Made by a program: the position numbers and the translations under genes
In this document: positions 37,718 through 50,191 of the stretch, piece after piece
How the letters are laid out: the number at the start of each line of letters is the position of its first letter
Position numbering within the stretch: the first letter of the stretch is position 1
NCBI RefSeq assembly: GCF_964213995.1
Contig: NC_135806.1
Span: 108,252,001 to 108,316,000, forward strand
Direction of reading: 5' to 3'
Length of the DNA stretch: 64,000 nt
Source of the DNA: Mustelus asterias
Lineage: Eukaryota
Notes under the pieces: model-generated
The model's database searches: none
What the model saw: only the letters and a program-made list of their open reading frames with translations
Told to the model about the DNA's origin: nothing

Positions 37718-38020
37718 AAAGTTTATTTATTTATTAGTCACAAGTTTACATTAACACTGCAATGAAGTTGCTGTGAAAATCCCCCAGTCGCCACACTCCG
37801 GCGCCTGTTTGGGTACACTGAGGGAGAATTTAGAATGGCCAATGCACCTAACCAGCATGTCTTTTGGACTGTGGGAGGAAACTGGAGCACCTGGAGGAAA
37901 CCCACACAGACACAGGGAGAACGTGCAGTCTCTGCACAGACAGTGACCCAAGCTGGGAATCGAACCCATGTCCCTGGCGCTGTGAGGCAGCAGTGCTAAC
38001 CACTGCCACCGTGCCGTCCC
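37718..38020 (-). mobile_element. SINE subfamily B (same head/body, different 3' tail)
   Basis: Tail (minus) ...TTTTCACAGCAACTTCATTGCAGTGTTAATGTAAACTTGTGACTAATAAATAAATAAACTTT; ATGTA repeated at both flanks. Confidence 0.85.
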
Positions 38021-38144
38021 ATGTATATGGACATCATGTCACTCAGCTGTGATGTATCCCCAGCTTTGTCAAACCTCCTGCTGAGTTTCACAGCTGTATC
38101 GGATGCCCACTGCAAGTGGAGCTCCTTTCTCTTCAAATATCAAT

Positions 38145-38414
38145 ATAGAACATAGAACAGTACAGCACAGAACAGGCCCTTTGGCCCACGATGTTGTGCC
38201 GAGCTTTATCTGAAACCAAGATCAAGCTATCACACTCCCTATCATCCTGGTGTGCTCCATGTGCCTATCCAATAACCGCTTAAATGTGCCTAAAGTGTCT
38301 GACTCCACTATCACTGCAGGCAGTCCATTCCACACCCCAACCACTCTCTGCGTAAAGAACCTACCTCTGATATCCTTCCTATATCTCCCACCACGAACCC
38401 TATAGTTATGCCCC
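38145..38414 (-). mobile_element. CR1 3' end (same subfamily as 22752-23942)
   Basis: Reverse complement of 23670-23942. Confidence 0.9.
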
Positions 38415-38439
38415 TAATATCTTCATGCTTTCATCTATT

Positions 38440-38975
38440 TAGAAACCTTGGTCCCTGTATTGGAGGAAAGATGCAGTGGCATTGGAGGCAGTTCAGAGGA
38501 GGTTCACTAGATTGATTCCAGAGATGAGGGGTTTGTCGTATGAAGAGAGATTGAACAGTTTAAGCCCATACTCTCTGGAATTTAGAAGAATGAGGGTAGA
38601 TCAAATTGAGATATTCAAGATGATAAAAGATATGGATACAATAGATGTGGAGCGGATGCTTCCACTGGTGGGGCATTCTAGGACGAGAGGTCATAGTCTT
38701 AGGATAAGGGGTAGCAAATTTAAAACAGAGTTGAGGAGAAACTACTTCTCCCAAAGGGTTGTGAATCTGTGGAATTCACCACCCCAAAGTGCGGTGGATG
38801 CTGGGACAGTGAGTAAATTTAAGGAGGAGTTAGACAGATTTTTAATTGGTAATGGGTTGAAGGGTTATGGGGGGGAAGGCAGGAAAATGGGGATGAGGAG
38901 CATATTGGGCACGATCGAATGGCGGAGTGGACTTGATGGGCCAAATGGCCTAATTCTGCTCCTATATCTTATGAA
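38440..38975 (+). mobile_element. CR1 3' portion
   Basis: ALEAVQRRFTRLIP...FSQRVVNLWNS. Confidence 0.88.
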
Positions 38976-39378
38976 CTCGCTATCAGAATACAATTTTTCT
39001 TTGTCCAATCTCAATCCTTCCTCTTTACACCGTTAAGCGCCTCCCTTCACTATTTATGGGGATTTTGTATTTCATTAAGCTGCAAGAGGTCACTTCAAAC
39101 CCAGTAACAAGTTCTGTCCAAGATAGGAAGGCCTTTGCTGCAGCAGCAACCTAGAGGAAGTGTCCAGTGTGATTGCCTCACCATTCGCTCTTCCCTCTAT
39201 GTAAGAAAGCACGTGGTCTGCTTCAGTATATTTTCCCGAGTCTACTGCAGGGACTGGATTTCCTATCAGAGAGCTACAGCCACAAACCCGTTTGTTCCCA
39301 CTCTCTGACGTGGCACATTAAAGAATTCTGTTGTTTTTCCATTGTGATACAACTTTCTGTTATTGATATTTCTCCAAG

Positions 39379-39471
39379 GTTTGCTGATATCTTGGAGATG
39401 GTGTGTGTAGAAACCGTGGAGAGTGGTACCATGACAAAGGACTTGGCAGCTTGTATTCATGGGCTGCAGAA
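39379..39471 (+). CDS. IDH2: IDH2-like exon (human exon 10 equivalent, 93 bp)
   Basis: ccaag|GTTTGCT...GCAGAA|gtaagt; [30 protein letters not shown](N). Confidence 0.96.
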
Positions 39472-39789
39472 GTAAGTGAGCATGTTTTTTATATCATAAA
39501 ATTGCAGTTAATCCTGAATCCACAAATCAGTTTAAAAAGCCTCTATGTAAACTAACAGCAGAGGAATCAAGAGCAAGGTATGAAACTTGGTCAGGGATTT
39601 GTTTAGAACAGGAATGAGGGAAGATCCATGAGAAGTTTATTCGTGCCCGTAAGATCGTTACTTCTAATCAGGGAATGACTATGGGTATTTTTTAATATAG
39701 ATTCCAGAAGGCATTTGATAATGCCCCAGCTAAAAGACAGTTAACTGGGGTTAATGCCCAGAAAAGGCACGAGGCTGATTATAATGTTT

Positions 39790-40530
39790 AAATTCTATGA
39801 TAAATAGAACTTAAATATTACAAGCAAGCCCGGAACGCAATCGTCTGGACTAATTTGCCTTAGCAGCCTTTCCGGTGAAGGTCTCCACTGGCGAGGATCA
39901 CGTATGGTCCCCATTAACGGGGACCTGCCGTGATGGTCTTGCCGGTAGAACCGGAGATCATTGAGACCCCCCAGGAGGTTGGGGGGGGCGGGGAGGGTAG
40001 TGCCACTTGGGCAGTGCCAGCCTGGCACCCTGGCACTGTCCACCAAATACCCTGGCATATCAGCCTGGCACACTGGCAGTGTCCACTGAGAACTGGGCAG
40101 TGCCAAGGGCCAAGGGGGTTGGGTCGTAGGGGAGGCAGGTGGGGGGATGCTGCGTATTCTGCAACTGGGATTGGGGGAGTTGCAGAGTGGGCAATGTTCT
40201 ACCCTCCCAATCCCAGTTGCAGAGTGCGCAGTCCCCCCGCTGCCTCCCCTTAGGCACCAACCCTTTGGCACTGCCTGGTGCCCAGTGACACTGCCAGTGT
40301 GCAACAGCACAGAACAGAGAAATATGCGCAATGGCGCCCTCTGCTGTAAGCCGCTGGCTTTTGGGCCAGTTTAGAACCTGCTCCCTCCCCCTATTGGCAG
40401 GAAACAGATCTTGCTTCATTTTTCCTTAGAGCGTGGTAAGATTCGATTTTTAACTCGCCCAAAAGATCTGCGCGATTCTCTTCCATTTTCACACTCGTTC
40501 GGCACTTAGGATTTTTTGGTAAGATTGCCC
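39790..40530 (-). mobile_element. Harbinger-like non-autonomous element, inverted relative of 12696-13670
   Basis: Right end (reverse complement GGGCAATCTTACCAAAAAATCCTAAGT) matches the left end of 12696; shared GGCAGTGCCA repeats. Confidence 0.6.
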
Positions 40531-40605
40531 ATAGTTGTTTCATATCTAGCTGGTGAGCCAAAGTTATTACAAGTAGGTACTTCAATTGTCAGGATGTGAC
40601 TCATG

Positions 40606-41449
40606 GGGCCTTATTTTATCATTTTGATTCTAAGTGCTATGTGGACTTGAAACTGGGAGTGTTTCAGATCCGGCTTTTAGACCCATTCTCAGGCGTCCCT
40701 ATAAGCACTTTGCCTGAAAAAATAGCAGCGATTCTGAATTGCGCTGCACAAGCCTTTGGGCGGGGCTTGACACATCCGAAACACTGCAGCTCCGATCGGA
40801 GCCTTCAACTATGCATGCGCAGTAAAAAAATAGAAAAACACTCCCCTGCCACTTTGCTCCCAGGCCGGATAATGCCTCCCCCGGCCCCCACAGACATTGC
40901 CCCACCCCCACAACACAACTGATCCCCTTCTATCCCACCCCCCTGCTACCCGGACCGATCGCGGCCTTCTGCCTCCCTTTCCCCCCACCAATCGCACACA
41001 GAGTGGCAGCGGACCCCTCCTTTCCCCCCACCAATCGCACGCAGAGTGGCAGCGGACCCCCCATGCGCCCCTTGCCCCCACACCAGAGAGTCATGTGACC
41101 CTCTCCCCCCTCCCTCCCCCCTCACCAGAGAGCCATCTGACCTGCCTCCCTCCCCACCTCACCAGAAACCACCCCCCCCCCCCCCCCCCCCCCCCGATCT
41201 GAGTCAGAGAGCCGCCGGAAGCTCTGACCTTACCTCTTCAGAAGCTGGAGCGTCTGAATCAGACCTTTGCGGACCATATCTGTTTTGTGCCGAATCTGGA
41301 CAGGCGAATGCGGTGGTAAAGGGGGAAATGCTGGTAAGTTTGGGTGTGCAACCCGTTAAGTCAATTTAAATGCGCTATTCACCTCACGCCCGACTTTACC
41401 GAATTTTCACACCCGAAAACGGGCGCAACGTGATGGTAAAATCGGGTCA
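40606..41449. mobile_element. Harbinger-like non-autonomous element
   Basis: Imperfect TIRs GGGCCTTATTTTATCA / TGGTAAAATCGGGTCA, ATG on both sides (possible 3-bp TSD). Confidence 0.6.
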
Positions 41450-42887
41450 ATGGTCTCCACAAAGGCCTTTGTGAGGGCCTCAAAAATTCACTCTATTCAG
41501 TAACATTTAAGTGCTGTGATAGAATGCCATAAATCTAAATTTGTTGTTGACGCACAGATTGGCAGATTCAGCAGTGCAAGTTTTCCTCACCCCATGTTTT
41601 GGCGCTACTGCGTACACCTGAGCTTGGTGTCAGGAACTGATGACAGATCTGCGGAAAAGAATGAATGGGACTGGAGCGTAATGAGAGCAATATCATTTTC
41701 AACTCTGGGAACAATGCAACAAAACCATTTTATAAAAATGAATAGATTACTTGGCAATTTAGCTTAAAAGTAAAATTTAAGACTGTGATGTTTTACAGTG
41801 CATTGGTCAGACAACAATTTAATTAATGCCATTTTGGCACTGCACTACAAACGTGGCATTAGAAAGAGTTCAGGAAAAGAAAGAACTATGAGAAAAATAA
41901 AGAATCTTGAGCCTTCTAGATAAGAAAGGGAATACATAGGGGAATATATCAAAATAGCTTAAACTCTAAAATGGTATATCGATATAGAAAACAGATTATT
42001 ATCTCAACGTATACCAAGCTTCAGGATTGGGAACACAAATGGATATTGTTGAAATGTAAATTTAAATGTGCTATCAGGAAAAGCTTCTTTTGATTGTTAA
42101 ACATGTGGGGTAATCTGCTAAGTACAGTAAAGCACTGGGGTTGTTTAAAGTACAATCTGATGTCATGCTGAGAGATTCAATATACCAGAGAGTTAACCTT
42201 AATTGATTTGGACGACCTCTTCCCATTTTCTTTTTGTGGGTGTACCATTGTTACAAAGTTCATGAGGACTTTGTGCCACATATTGACCTTCCTAAATATG
42301 TTACATTATGGAGAGTATTATGAGTATTGCTCTGAAACTGAAGGCTGATGGACTATATTACACTACTGTATTAATAGATGTTGGGCAGTGTGGGCATTCT
42401 CCTAACTGCAAGGTGCCGAGACTATTTACAGAAGTAACTAGCACCACTGTACCCACAGATGTGTTGACTTCCAAATCTGTAGCTCCTCCATTTCTGTACT
42501 AATTTTCTCATATCTTCTGCTGCTTACTCACTTAAGGAAAAACCTATATAATTAAATGTTTTGCATGCAGTACAGATCCATAGTTCTCTACCTTTCAAAG
42601 GTATCACACCTTGCTTCCCAAGTGGTGCGCTGCAAAACATCACATATAGGTGGGGCAAAAAATCTTAATTAGCTAATAGTTCCTATCAATAATCAATATC
42701 AGTTGTCGAAAATGTAGGCAAATGAGGAATAGCAAAAAGTAGCAATGAAGAACTGATAGTGAGCAGAGCAATGAAGAAAGTTAGTTACAAAATTTGTCTG
42801 CATCCACAGTGCCAAAGAAACCAGGCATAAATAATAAAGGAGTCTGAAACAAATAAGCAAAAATGAGGTATTTTTAAAAAACACTTA

Positions 42888-43014
42888 GGCTGGAATTTTA
42901 CCGCCCTGCCCGCCATGGGAACTGGAGCGGGCGAGTGGTGGACCACTGTAAGGTTCGTTGATTTCGGGCGGGATTTTATGGTTTTGGAATGAACAAGGCC
43001 TTAAAATCCCACCC
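42888..43014. mobile_element. 127-bp Harbinger-type MITE
   Basis: TIRs GGCTGGAATTTTAC / TTAAAATCCCACCC, TTA target-site duplication. Confidence 0.78.
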
Positions 43015-43358
43015 TTATACTGGTAAACAGTGCTCAAAAATAATGTAACACATGTAAGGTAGTGACATGCCAGAATTTTGTGTTGATTTTTCCTCTGGGG
43101 GGGGAATTACCTAAATTAGGCCCAAATGCAATGTGCCGCACCCCTTAGTTTTGATCTCTTGCTTTAAAATTGCTTGAGTTATTGATGCCGACTGCAGGGA
43201 CTGGTTAGTTGCAATAGTTATGCTACAGAGCAGTAGGCACCAGTTCAAACTGGGTATGGTTGCAAAGGTCAAATTCTGTTGTTTGTGCCTGAATTGAAAA
43301 GGAACTGAATGCTCAAAAGCTGTTTCCACTAACATTCTGTCATTTCCTCCATTGCTAG

Positions 43359-43443
43359 TGTAAAACCAGGGCAGCACTATGTGTACACTGAAGAATTTCT
43401 CGATGCCATCAAGGAAAACTTGGACAAGAAGTTGAGTCATTGA
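43359..43443 (+). CDS. IDH2: IDH2-like terminal coding exon (human exon 11 equivalent)
   Basis: ttgctag|TGTAAAA...CAT TGA; (N)VKPGQHYVYTEEFLDAIKENLDKKLSH*; phase matches the previous exon. Confidence 0.93.
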
Positions 43444-44739
43444 AAAGGGCCGAGAACAATGAAGAACCTTCAGGATTCATTCCCGGATGCTTGTTAGCCG
43501 ACGTTATTTTCTGATGCAGATTTAAGGCACTTAGACGTTAGTTTACTCGGGCGATTGGATTTGCTTTGATTTGAGATGAACTCTTGTTCATCGTCGCTGT
43601 TATATGTTTATTTGAACATGGGCTTTATTTTAAATTGGAAACAAATGATTATTTTCGACTGCCTGTAATCCCTTCCTTTGCGGCAGCAGTTTTGATGCAA
43701 AAACAACTCTTGGTTTCATGTGGTCTCGGGCCTGTTACCTGTAACGCAGAAGTGAGCCAATTGTAACTTCTCTTTATGCCAATAGAAACTGCTCAGTAAC
43801 CATTGAAACTTTGTACTTTGCGCCTTTTAATTTAAAAAAAATGTTTTTAAAATGAAAGTTTTTTTTTGGAAACTGTGCTGCTCTATAATACCATTTTAAC
43901 CCTTCTCGTTCAGATAAGCTGGAGTTACGCACTGGGATATCTGTGAAAGAGGTGTGAAAGGCTGCTCTCTAACTTGCCCACCGAGATTTAAAACGGAAGC
44001 TTTCATATTAAGATTTCTAAAATGCTGCCAATTCATTTTAAATATCATATTGACTCTTTGTGTGAGGAGATTAGAATGAAATAGACTTGCAGTAATTATG
44101 CTAAAATCTCCAGCCCCTTTGTAATGAATGATGATATCGATACTAGAGTGAAAGTTAAAATTTAACTACTAACAGGTTATTGTGGTTATAGAAAAGAATG
44201 GATGCAGGATAAAGATATCCCCCGTCAAAACACTAGGATGAGGGCTGGGTTGGGAACCTGTTGAATCTCCGGTTGGTGTGACTAGGGATCGCGACACATG
44301 TTTTAAAGGCTCAACTGCAACTGGATTGTTGAGGCTTCAGCACAGGTACAGAGAAGGATGACCTCGCCAACTAAGCGGGCATGGGGAAAGTCAGCAGCCA
44401 GAGTGTGGACCCTCTATCCTGGAGACTAAGTGCCAGGAGGATCCAGGTCCTTGGGGAGATAGGGAAGCTGAGTGGAGAGATAATTTCAGATGCCAAACCC
44501 CACACTCTGACTTTTCCAGCATTCTCCAGTGTCGATCACCTCCGAACAGCATGGGGGCGATTCTCCCAGCCCACTGTGCCGTTTCGCGGGCTTCCCGCTG
44601 GGTGCCACAGCCTCCGCGAGCCTCCCAGCCTAGTCTCCATCAGCCAATTCCATCTGAGCAGCTAATACTCACTCTCACCCTCAGCCTATTGCCCTTGCGC
44701 ACCCATGATTCACAACCACCCTTGACAAATGGTGTCCTT

Positions 44740-44870
44740 CTCTGCTATCCATACTAGCCTCCCGAGGCATAGGTGCTCAAAGATGTTGAGAGAGAGAACT
44801 GATCCTCTGTGTGTTGGAGATGTTGCCTCCTTCCACTGGATCTTGGGGTCCATCCCCTTTGACCTGTGGA
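44740..44870 (-). pseudogene. Probable Harbinger transposase N-terminal remnant
   Basis: Minus-strand RISS / LNIFEHLCLGRL resembles the N-terminal 'R.SFL.MSE..CLRRLR' of HARBI1-type transposases; frameshifted. Confidence 0.4.
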
Positions 44871-46605
44871 GCGACATGGGGGCCGAGGAGAAGGTGGCTG
44901 TCACTGTTGTTGCTCCCTCTGCTTCTGGTCCAGTTGTTGTTGGTGCTGTTACCCCTTTTGCTCTTCATCAGAGATGAAAAGTAAAGATATATAAACTGCT
45001 CCCATGCCGTGGCAAAGATTGGCAACAGAGAGCTACAGCTAAAGGTGAGTGAAATGCAGGACAGGTGAAGTGCCTTGCAAGAAGTTGGCAATCACCCCTT
45101 AAGCACTGAAAACACTCTCTGAGAAGGGGCCTGTGAGCAGTAACCTCTCACCTGACCATGTTTGGAGCTCTTCACTTTCGCTGATTAGAGGCTCCCCAGG
45201 TCAGGAGTATTTCTCACTATGCACTTGCCTGGGAGACGCTGGAGAGTTGCCGACAGTTCAGGAAACCCGTCTGCTGCCTGATGAAGACAGGACCCTTGGT
45301 TAAAACAGAGTTGAATGACCTATTTGAATATTTAAGTACCATACCTGACAGCTGCTTGGAAGTTCCCCACTTGTCTACAAAACCACTGGGGTGAAAACCC
45401 AAAAGATAACAGGATGATGTCTAGATTCTCTCCAGATGTCACTTTTTAAAAACTTAACCCCCCGAATGCATCCAAATCTGCCTCCCCTTGCTTGCTTGTG
45501 AAAATACCCTCCCATCAAGGTTGTTAACTTAATTACTGCTACTCTGTTCTTCATCAGTACAATCGATCCTCTAGTCATACCTATCTCTATAGATGTCAGG
45601 GCAGTTCTGCTCTCAATCAGGGAAAGTTGCTGGGTTTAACCTCCCCTACTTTACAGTGACTAATTAGTCCATTCTATGTAACAGGGATAGACTGATTTTA
45701 CATTGCAGGCGAGTTTGGGATAACAGTTCCTCCCACTGACTCCAGCTATGATCAAGAACAAGGACTAAAGAAACTTTACAAAGGCTCGGCAGAAATGACA
45801 AATAGGCATATCGGGTCGGGAGAATGTGCAAACAGATTGCACCAGCTGTTGAAATAGCAGAGGGCCAAGCAGACATGGGAACTTGCATGTATTGAACAAG
45901 AAAGAGGAAGTTAAATGTAGATAAACTGAGCCAAGTGGAATTATCTCCAGTCGAGGCAGTGAGAAGATGTCAAAGTGAAGGGCTAAGGGTTAGATGCACA
46001 AAGGGCAAAAGAGAGCAATAGAAGAAACAAACCAGAATAAAATAATGAATGGATAATAATGGGAAATGACAAGGTTTGGGAATGGTGAGCAAGTAGGGAG
46101 TTAATAAGTTCTAGGGATTGTGGCATAGTAATAAAAAAACCCAGCTGACAATTCATTAGCCCAACTTAATAAGATTCTTGTTTTGTACATGTGCTGACTT
46201 TTCTCACTAATGTTGTCAATCTGAGGAACTTCACACACCATGAAAGCTGTGGAAACACCTTTTCCCCCTGTTTTTTGGCATTCTGACAATTGAGAAAATA
46301 GAAAATGATGAAAATTGAAAGGTGTGACCGAATCAAGATAATGAACCGTTTGCTCGGATTGTGTACATTATCCATATGGCTTCCTATTGATTCTTATTCC
46401 ATTCGTCTTTAAAGATCAATTGTGGTAGAATCACTACTTTCTACGTTGTCAATACCACTAACTAAAGGATCTAGAGTAAACAGTTTTTGCTATTTTATTA
46501 TTATTTTGAGACGGAGAATAGAATCAGGTCAGATATAAAACAGGTGACCTAGTGGAATCTATCAATTTCTTGCTGAACATTGTAGGTTTATATGAAACTA
46601 GTTCT

Positions 46606-46870
46606 TCACTGTGCGGCGTTTGCACATTCTCCCTGTGTCTGCGTGGGTTTCCTCCAGGTGCTCCGGTTTCCTCCCACAGTCCAAAGATGTGCAAGTTAGG
46701 TCGATTTTCCATGCTAAATTGTCCCTTAGTGTCCAAAGATGTGTAGATTAGGGGGATTAGCCATGGGAAATGCGCAGGATTATGGGGATAGCACAGAGGG
46801 GAGGACTGGGATATTCTTTTGAGATTCGGTGCTGACTCGATGGGGTAAATGTCCTCTTCCTGCACTGTAT
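46606..46870 (+). mobile_element. SINE subfamily A, 5'-truncated
   Basis: Central domain and tail. Confidence 0.8.
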
Positions 46871-47727
46871 GGTTCATTAACCTCAAACCATATATCAATA
46901 CAGCAATATGTAGGCATGATTTCAAGAAGAAATTAAGTATAGCTTTTGGGGCTAAAGGGAGCAAGGGATATGGGGAAAAGGGGGGAATCAGGATATTCAA
47001 ATTGATGATCAGCCATGATCATAATGAGTGGTTGAGCAAGCTTGAAGACCCGAATGGCCTACACATGCTTCTAGTTTCAATGTTTCTATGTTAGACTGGT
47101 GGGCAAGCAAAAGCAGGCTATGCCTGTAACAGTATCAAGGCAGTTGCTGGCTATACAATAGCCCTGGGTGTGTTCCCCACAATAGTCATTCAGGAGAATA
47201 TCTCCATCCACTCTCCCACTTGCAGAAAAACAATTGTAAAAGCAGCTAGTAAGGAAAGATCACAGTTAGGTGAACTTTGAGTCTTTCTAACGTATTGTTG
47301 AACAACAGGACAAAGAAACTTCTATTTTCCACAAATGACTCCCAATCGTGCAATTTTTCCTCAAATTTAATTAAGAATATCAGAGGAAAGGCAGAATTCA
47401 CATTATGGATGTGGCTATGACTCATTGATGCAGGAGTCTCTCCATCCAGACCTGCTACTTCCAACCAATTTGCAGTGGTAACATATCATTGCAAGCACCC
47501 AGCCAGAAGCAGCATGTAGAACCAAACCTAATTAAATCTCTGATTAATCTTTACCTTGCTTTGTCTTTCCTCCTTACAACTTTCAGATTTTTAACTCCAA
47601 AGCCAGGAGTTATATCATCATTATTTGATATGCAACAATTATTTTTTGATGCTTTACTCAACGGTTTTTTACTTTGCTCTCTCAAAGTAAGAAAGTCCTG
47701 TGCGTTATTGAGAGAGAGAGGGACATT

Positions 47728-48190
47728 GGCTGGAATTTTCTGATTTTTTTTTTAAGTGTCTCAAGCGGGAAAGGCAGAGGGAAGCCCCCCCCCCCCCCAG
47801 TGGAACTCACTGCCTCCCCCACTTTGGCTCTGTCCAGGTACAGCTGGGGCATGACCCTCTCTGCCCCTGTGCTCTACCTGTACACCTCCGGTGGGCTCTA
47901 TTACTCAGGTGCCCGCATTGGGGACCTGTTGTGATTCACATTGGGGGTGTGCCGTCACCCCGATATAAATGGACAATGTAACGTAGGGAGACTAATGCAA
48001 ATGAAGATCACGGCTATAAAGTAGAGATTCCCGTAACATCATTGGCAGGGGTGGGGACAAGTGAGCAGGGAAATCCCACTGGCTTGAAAATCATTTTGGG
48101 TCTCCTGCTCAATTCTCCACCCATTTTGTACTTCCCACCACACCCCCCCCCCCCCCCCCCCTAAATGGGAGTGGAAAATACCCCCCCCCC
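47728..48190. mobile_element. Harbinger-like non-autonomous element
   Basis: Ends GGCTGGAATTTTCTG / GGAAAATACCCCC, GC-rich body. Confidence 0.5.
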
Positions 48191-48247
48191 CTTCCCCATT
48201 GCATGCAGTGCTTTGCCTCCTGTTAATCTGACCACATGAAACTCATT

Positions 48248-48374
48248 TGCCAGAATTTTACCACCCTGTCCGCCACGGGAATTGGAGCGTGCGAGGCACA
48301 GACACTGGGAAGGTCCATAGACCTTGAGTGGGATTTTACGGTTTTGCAGCGAGCGACGCTGTAAAATCCTGCCC
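48248..48374. mobile_element. 127-bp Harbinger-type MITE
   Basis: TIRs TGCCAGAATTTTAC / GTAAAATCCTGCCC, ATT duplicated at the flanks. Confidence 0.75.
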
Positions 48375-48871
48375 ATTGGGTAAGGCTGCATGGAAGAGTT
48401 GTTTGGGAAATGTTCCTTTTGTTCATTGGTCGAATCATTTTTCTTTTGTTCGGTAATGGCAGCCAAGTTTAATGGAAAATACCAAAAATGTGGCCTGTCC
48501 AGGTCTCCGTGCACTGGTGGACCAGGTCATTAATAGGAACAGTATGCCGTTCAGCCATTCCAACCTGTTCTGACATTCAATAATATCTGTACCTCAACTG
48601 TATCTACTTACCTTTGATCCACTTTGACACCCTTACCAAAAATCAATCAATCCAAGTCTTGAAAATCACCAACTGACCCAGCATCTACAGCCTTTTGTGG
48701 AGAGAGTTCTAACTTTCTATTACCTTGTGTGTGGAAAAAGTGCTTCCAGATTTCACTCATATTTAGCCTTTCTCAAATTTTAAGGTTGTGTTACCATGTT
48801 CTGGTTTGCAGGTTTATGCAGCGTGTCCACGTACCTACTTTTTTAAGCCTACTCTACTGAAGCGGTGTTAC

Positions 48872-49156
48872 AAAAATAAACTTTATTAGTGTCACAAGTA
48901 AGCTTACATTAACACTATAATGAAGTTACCCCTAGTCGCCACACTCTGGTACCTGTTCGGGTACACTGAGGGAGAATTTAGCATGGCCAATGCACCTCAC
49001 CAGCACGTCTTTCGGGCTGTGGGAGGAAACCGGAGCACCCAGAGGCAACTCACGCAGACACAGGGAGAATGTGATGACTCCACACAGACAGTGATCGAAC
49101 CCGGGTTCCTGGCACTGTGAGGCAGCAGTGCTAACCATTGTGCCACCATGCTGCCC
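48872..49156 (-). mobile_element. SINE subfamily B, within an old minus-strand CR1 (about 48535-50560)
   Basis: Matches 37718-38020. Confidence 0.85.
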
Positions 49157-49499
49157 CTCCAAGATAAAAAGTTCCTTTCTGAAGTGCACTCACCATATTC
49201 CAGATGGGATCTGTCAAAGTTCTGTGCAACTGAAGTCTAACTTCTCCTTTTGTATTCCAAGTCCCCTCGAGGTAAAGGCTAATATTCCATGAGCATTTTT
49301 GATTTTTTTATACCTGTGCTCTGTTTTCTGTACTTGGACATGCAAATCTCCTTACGGCTGCGTGGTTCTTAGTCTCTTAATAAGAAAATAATTCGACTTG
49401 TCATTCTTGGATTCTAAATGGATGACCTCAGTCTTTCCTACATTAAGCTCCAGCTGGCACCGTTTTGCCCACTCGCTTAGTCTGACTGTCTTTGTAATT

Positions 49500-50191
49500 A
49501 CAGTAAGAAGTTTAACAACACCAGGTTAAAGTCCAACAGGTTTATTTGGTAGCAAAAGCCACACAAGCTTTCGGAGCCCCAAACCCCTTCTTCAGGTGAG
49601 TGGGAATTCTGTTCACAAACAGGGCATATAAAGACACAAACTCAATTTACATGAATAATGGTTGGAATGCGAATACTTACAGCTAATCAAGTCTTTAAGA
49701 TACAAACAATGTGAGTGGAGAGAGCATCAAGACAGGCTAAAGAGATGTGTATTGTCTCCAGACAGGACAGCCAGTGAAACTCTGCAGGTCCAGGCAGGCT
49801 GTGGGGATTACAAATAGTGTGACATGAACCCAATATCCCGGTTGAGGCCGTTCTCATGTGTGCGGAACTTGGCTATCAGTTCCTGCTCAGCGACTCTGCG
49901 CCATCGTGTGTCGTGAAGGCCTGTCTTGATGCTCTCTCCACTCACATTGTTTGTATCTTAAAGACTTGATTAGCTGTAAGTATTCGCATTCCAACCATTA
50001 TTCATGTAAATTGAGTCTGTGTCTTTATATGCCCTGTTTGTGAACAGAATTCCCACTCACCTGAAGAAGGGGCTTGAAGCTCCAAAAGCTTGTTGTGGCT
50101 TTTGCTACCTAATAAACCTGTTGGACTTTAACCTGGTGTTGTTAAACTTCTTACTGTGTTTACCCCAGTCCAACGCTGGCATCTACACATC
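49500..50191. mobile_element. Penelope-like element: 3' fragment plus inverted pLTR
   Basis: About 235-bp inverted arms (49500-49737 / 49919-50157); minus-strand peptide LHDTRWRRVAEQELIAKFRTHENGLNRDIGFMSHYL* (GIY-YIG C-terminus); one-sided tail of about 34 nt; 13-bp TSD TGTCTTTGTAATT. Confidence 0.88.
49559..49603 (-). ncRNA. Minimal hammerhead ribozyme motif in Penelope pLTR
   Basis: Minus CCACTCAC-CTGAAGA-AGGGGTTTGGGGCTCC-GAAA-GCT-T-GTGTGG; the plus-strand partner at 50053-50098 has GAAA mutated to AAAA. Confidence 0.7.
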
